Shown here piece by piece: positions 61,066 to 64,000 of a stretch of 64,000 nucleotides of DNA. Below the pieces are notes generated by a model. It made no database searches and was not told the origin of the DNA. It saw nothing but the letters and a program-made list of their open reading frames with translations. How positions within the stretch are numbered: the first letter of the stretch is position 1; every line of letters begins with the position of its first letter. The position numbers and the translations under genes are program-made. The DNA is from Bacteroidota bacterium (GTDB taxonomy: Bacteria; Bacteroidota; Bacteroidia; AKYH767-A; OLB10): the NCBI GenBank assembly GCA_016717725.1, contig JADKFA010000008.1, forward strand, positions 114,118 through 178,117, given 5' to 3'.

Positions 61066-61716
61066 TCAGAGAATTTGTCTTGCCAAATATACAATGAGCT
61101 TAGTTTCAAAGAATTCATCTGGCCAATAATCGCTAATCTTCTGTATTTCAACCATTTTTCTATAGAAGCCTAACTCTTCGGACAAGTCACCTCCTTTTAA
61201 TATTACCCATCCATTGGGCAAAGATCCCACTTGACCTTCTTTTAATATATCCTTTGTCCAGTGAATTATGTCGTTCATGGGTGCAACAGCTCTGCTTAAA
61301 ACATAATCTACCTCCAGATCCATCTCCTCCACCCTCCCTCTTTTCACCATTACATTCTTCAATTGAAGTTGCTCCACAATATCGGCTACCACTTTCATTT
61401 TCTTCTCGATGGAATCCACCAAGATGAAACTTACCTCAGGAAAAAGGATTGCTAAAGGGATACCTGGAAAGCCTCCACCAGTTCCCAAATCCAAGACTCT
61501 AGCGCCTGGATTAAATCGAATAAACTTTGAAATGGAAAGTGAATGAAGTACATGTTTTACTTCAAATAGCTCCGTATCCTTTCTCGAAATCAGATTAATA
61601 CGACTATTCCAATCTAAGAATATCTCCTTAAATCGAACCAGCTTTTCTACTTGCTCCGAAGTAATTTTTGGCAGGTAATTTTGATACGAAAAAGAAAGCC
61701 CCATGTTTTCTGACAT
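61066..61716 (-). CDS. rsmG: 16S rRNA (guanine527-N7)-methyltransferase RsmG (GidB)
   Basis: SAM motif VLDLGTGGGFPGIPLAI; 216 aa. Confidence 0.85.
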   Translation of the reverse strand: MSENMGLSFSYQNYLPKITSEQVEKLVRFKEIFLDWNSRINLISRKDTELFEVKHVLHSLSISKFIRFNPGARVLDLGTGGGFPGIPLAILFPEVSFILVDSIEKKMKVVADIVEQLQLKNVMVKRGRVEEMDLEVDYVLSRAVAPMNDIIHWTKDILKEGQVGSLPNGWVILKGGDLSEELGFYRKMVEIQKISDYWPDEFFETKLIVYLARQIL

Positions 61717-61750
61717 GGGGCAAAGGTATTTCTTTCTGATTAATCCAGTT

Positions 61751-62464
61751 TTAATGATTTACGTACTCAGAATTTTTCATGATTTGGTATAAGAATTCAC
61801 GAGCGCGGAACAATTGAGCTTTTACAGTTCCTAAAGGAAGCTTTAGCTCATCAGCAATTTCTTCGTAGGATAATTCCTGATAGTAACGCAATTCAACCAA
61901 GCGACGGTAACGAGGCTTTAGTTTCTCCACCACATCCTTCATCATCAAAACTTTTTGTTTCTTCATCATCACATCGTCGGGACTTGGTCCATCCGATTTA
62001 ATTTCAAGGGTGATATCTTGTCCATCTTCGTTTTCAAAACCACGATCAATTGACAACATCAATTTTCTTTTCTTGCGAATAAAATCGATACAGTTATTGG
62101 TTGCGATTTTAAACAACCAAGTACTGAAAGCGTAATCAGGAGTGTATTGTTTAATATTTCTAAATGCTTTTCCAAAAGCCTCTATGGTTAAATCCTCGGC
62201 ATCGTCACGGTTATTCACCATTTTGAGGAGCATATAATAGATAGAATCTTTATAGCGAGACATTAACTCGGCATACGCTTTTTGGTCACCATGATCAACA
62301 GCGCGACGCACTATCTTATAATCTTTGATGGCTTTATCAGATAAATGCTGAATTTCACTATCTGCAACTTCTACAAGGGGCTTTACAATTTCCTCGGTTG
62401 AAGCTTTTGTTGATTTACTACTGCTTTTCTTTTTTGCAGGTTGAAGGGTAGATGTAACAGCCAT
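61751..62464 (-). CDS. Sigma-70 family RNA polymerase sigma factor (ECF-like regions 2 and 4) with a ~60-aa Lys/Ser-rich N-terminal extension
   Basis: Region 2 (DAEDLTIEAFGKAFRNIKQY...WLFKIATNNCIDFIRKKRK) and region 4 (LSYEEIADELKLPLGTVKAQLFRAREFL). Confidence 0.7.
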   Translation of the reverse strand: MAVTSTLQPAKKKSSSKSTKASTEEIVKPLVEVADSEIQHLSDKAIKDYKIVRRAVDHGDQKAYAELMSRYKDSIYYMLLKMVNNRDDAEDLTIEAFGKAFRNIKQYTPDYAFSTWLFKIATNNCIDFIRKKRKLMLSIDRGFENEDGQDITLEIKSDGPSPDDVMMKKQKVLMMKDVVEKLKPRYRRLVELRYYQELSYEEIADELKLPLGTVKAQLFRAREFLYQIMKNSEYVNH

Positions 62465-63621
62465 TATTTCCAGGATTTGGTTTTGATGAAGAGATTAGAA
62501 ACAGCTAAGATGGGATAAGAGAAAGCAGTGATGATATCAAAAGCAGGAAGAAAAAACACTAGGTCTTTTTCACCTAATGCTTTAAACCCTTTCCAACAAA
62601 CTATCATTTGAGTCATAAGACGTATTGCGATAATTCCTACGATGAGTTGCCAATTAAGTTTCAATAAAAATGCAAGAATTACAGTTAACCAGAACAAAAA
62701 CAAGCTAAAGAAGTAACCACCAACGAATCCACGGTCGCTGCTTTTGTAATGCTTTCCTGTGCTCATATGTCGTTTTTTCTGCCAAATCCATGTATAAAGA
62801 CTCGTTTTTGGCTTTGAAAACGTAAAAGCATCTGGATTTAGAATTACAGAAGTATTACTTTGATTGGATGTTTCGTTCACAAAGAGGTCGTCGTCGCCTG
62901 ACATAATATGGTAATGTTTAGCGAAACCTTTATTTTTAAAGAAGAGAGATTTAGTATAAGCCAAGTTTCGACCTACGCCCATATAGGCTTTTCCCTTTAA
63001 CGCCCGACTGAGGTACAGCATTGCATTCATCACCGTATCAAAGCGAATCCATTTACTAAGTAATCCTGGCTCATTATTATAGGCTCCATAAGAAATCACC
63101 ATTTCTTTTCCATTGGAAAAGCCCTGCACCATAGATCGGATCCAATTCCTAGAAGCTGGCTTACAATCCGCATCTGTTAATAATAGATGTTCATAGGAGG
63201 CACCCTTAATACCTAGAGTAAGCGCGAATTTCTTCCCATGTTGATACTTCTCTTGTTCTTTCAGCGTAATTACTTTCAAATTAGGATAGGCATCTTCCAT
63301 CTCCTCCAAAAAATTGGCTGACTCATCCCACGAACAATCGTTTACCACTACTACTTGATATTCGGGATAGTCTTGATCGAGAATAGATGGAAGGAAACTA
63401 CGTAAATTCTTTAGCTCATTCCGAGCACAAATCACTACCGATACAGGCGGTGTAAATGCGGGTCCTTTTGCTTCTAATTTATTATTAAAACTAGGACCCG
63501 ACATTCCCATCAGAAAATAAAAAAGCTGTACGAGAGTCGCACCTCCTAATATTACTAAAACAATTTGATTAATTAACTCTATTTCTAAGGCTGGCATCTT
63601 CAATGGATCGTTGCTAAACAC
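62464..63621 (-). CDS. Membrane-associated glycosyltransferase family 2
   Basis: GT-A motifs VVICARNE...DQDYPEYQVVVVNDCSWDES, with C-terminal TM helices. Its stop overlaps the sigma-factor start (TAATG). Confidence 0.7.
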   Translation of the reverse strand: MFSNDPLKMPALEIELINQIVLVILGGATLVQLFYFLMGMSGPSFNNKLEAKGPAFTPPVSVVICARNELKNLRSFLPSILDQDYPEYQVVVVNDCSWDESANFLEEMEDAYPNLKVITLKEQEKYQHGKKFALTLGIKGASYEHLLLTDADCKPASRNWIRSMVQGFSNGKEMVISYGAYNNEPGLLSKWIRFDTVMNAMLYLSRALKGKAYMGVGRNLAYTKSLFFKNKGFAKHYHIMSGDDDLFVNETSNQSNTSVILNPDAFTFSKPKTSLYTWIWQKKRHMSTGKHYKSSDRGFVGGYFFSLFLFWLTVILAFLLKLNWQLIVGIIAIRLMTQMIVCWKGFKALGEKDLVFFLPAFDIITAFSYPILAVSNLFIKTKSWK

Positions 63622-63852
63622 ACAAATCTATTGGATGAGTCCGCGCTAAAAGGATAGTACGATTTATAAATATTAACATTTCAATATTGAAAATAAATCC
63701 ATCTAAAAGGCACCTTAGCAAACACTTAGAACAATAAAATTTCCATTTCCTCTTGCGAGAGAAAATTTTTAGCACGGAACAATAGAAATTTTTCTCTCGT
63801 ATAAAGAAATTCCTGACTATGTTTAATTAGAATAAAAGCAAAATAACTATTA

Positions 63853-64000
63853 GATAGTTCTACCGGGATACACTTTTAATGCTTCTTCCAAGCAAGTCAT
63901 TGCATTCTTCAGAGATTCTTGATTCAACACATACGCAATTCTAACCTGATGCTTTCCAAGTTCGGGTACAGAATAAAATCCGCTTGCAGGGGCCAACATA
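63853..64000 (-). CDS. C-terminal fragment of a PLP-dependent aminotransferase (class I/II); the gene continues beyond the window end
   Basis: Manual translation: ...LAPASGFYSVPELGKHQVRIAYVLNQESLKNAMTCLEEALKVYPGRTI stop. This is a typical aminotransferase C-terminus. Confidence 0.45.

Noticed and set aside
1-64000. tRNA, rRNA, CRISPR arrays, prophage or IS transposase genes
   Set aside because: I scanned for tRNA-like T-arm motifs, regular direct repeats with spacers, and transposase or capsid-like ORFs. None were found.

Overview
This is an AT-rich chromosomal segment that looks Bacteroidetes (Sphingobacteriia/Flavobacteriia-type). The evidence is T9SS C-terminal sorting domains, a GldF/GldG/DUF4340 cluster, the DUF4295 gene after rpmG, and TAnnTTTG -7 promoter motifs. 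Housekeeping genes dominate the first 26 kb and 56-64 kb: GH13 amylase, TetR, YjgR/HerA-like ATPase, bshC-rimO-ftsY operon, rpmB/rpmG/rpmH, cinA, purA, a STAS protein, fur, relA/spoT, dnaN, carB, rsmG and a sigma factor. Two capsule/EPS-type polysaccharide loci lie at 26.2-32.4 kb (GT4, wza, wzc, rmlC, wecA-like) and 40.2-55.7 kb (Wzx-like flippase, Kelch/T9SS protein, GTs, methyltransferase, two epimerases, two AsnB-like amidotransferases, YfhO-family GT-C). A housekeeping block (trmD, GNAT, CoA-transferase, aroQ, xerD, FNR-like reductase, KirBac-like K+ channel) separates them.

Two points affect how the window should be read. First, many genes are split by +/-1 frameshifts that all fall on short homopolymers. 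These cluster at 41.7-60.7 kb and end in a ~330-bp stretch of pure homopolymer runs at 60381-60707. This pattern fits indel-type sequencing or assembly error rather than mass pseudogenisation, so I report the split ORFs as single genes. Second, most of the unexplained signal is intergenic. A tandem TTGAAAATGG element starts immediately after stop codons at three sites, and two of these flank an apparent two-gene insertion between rpmB and rpmG. A palindromic TCGCGA-N4-TCGCGA motif array lies upstream of relA, with another copy upstream of an OstA-like gene. Two ~200-bp MITE-like inverted-repeat elements are present. TATCTTTGC -7 promoter boxes precede rpmB, rpmG and rpmH. I found no tRNA, rRNA, CRISPR, integrase or prophage signal.
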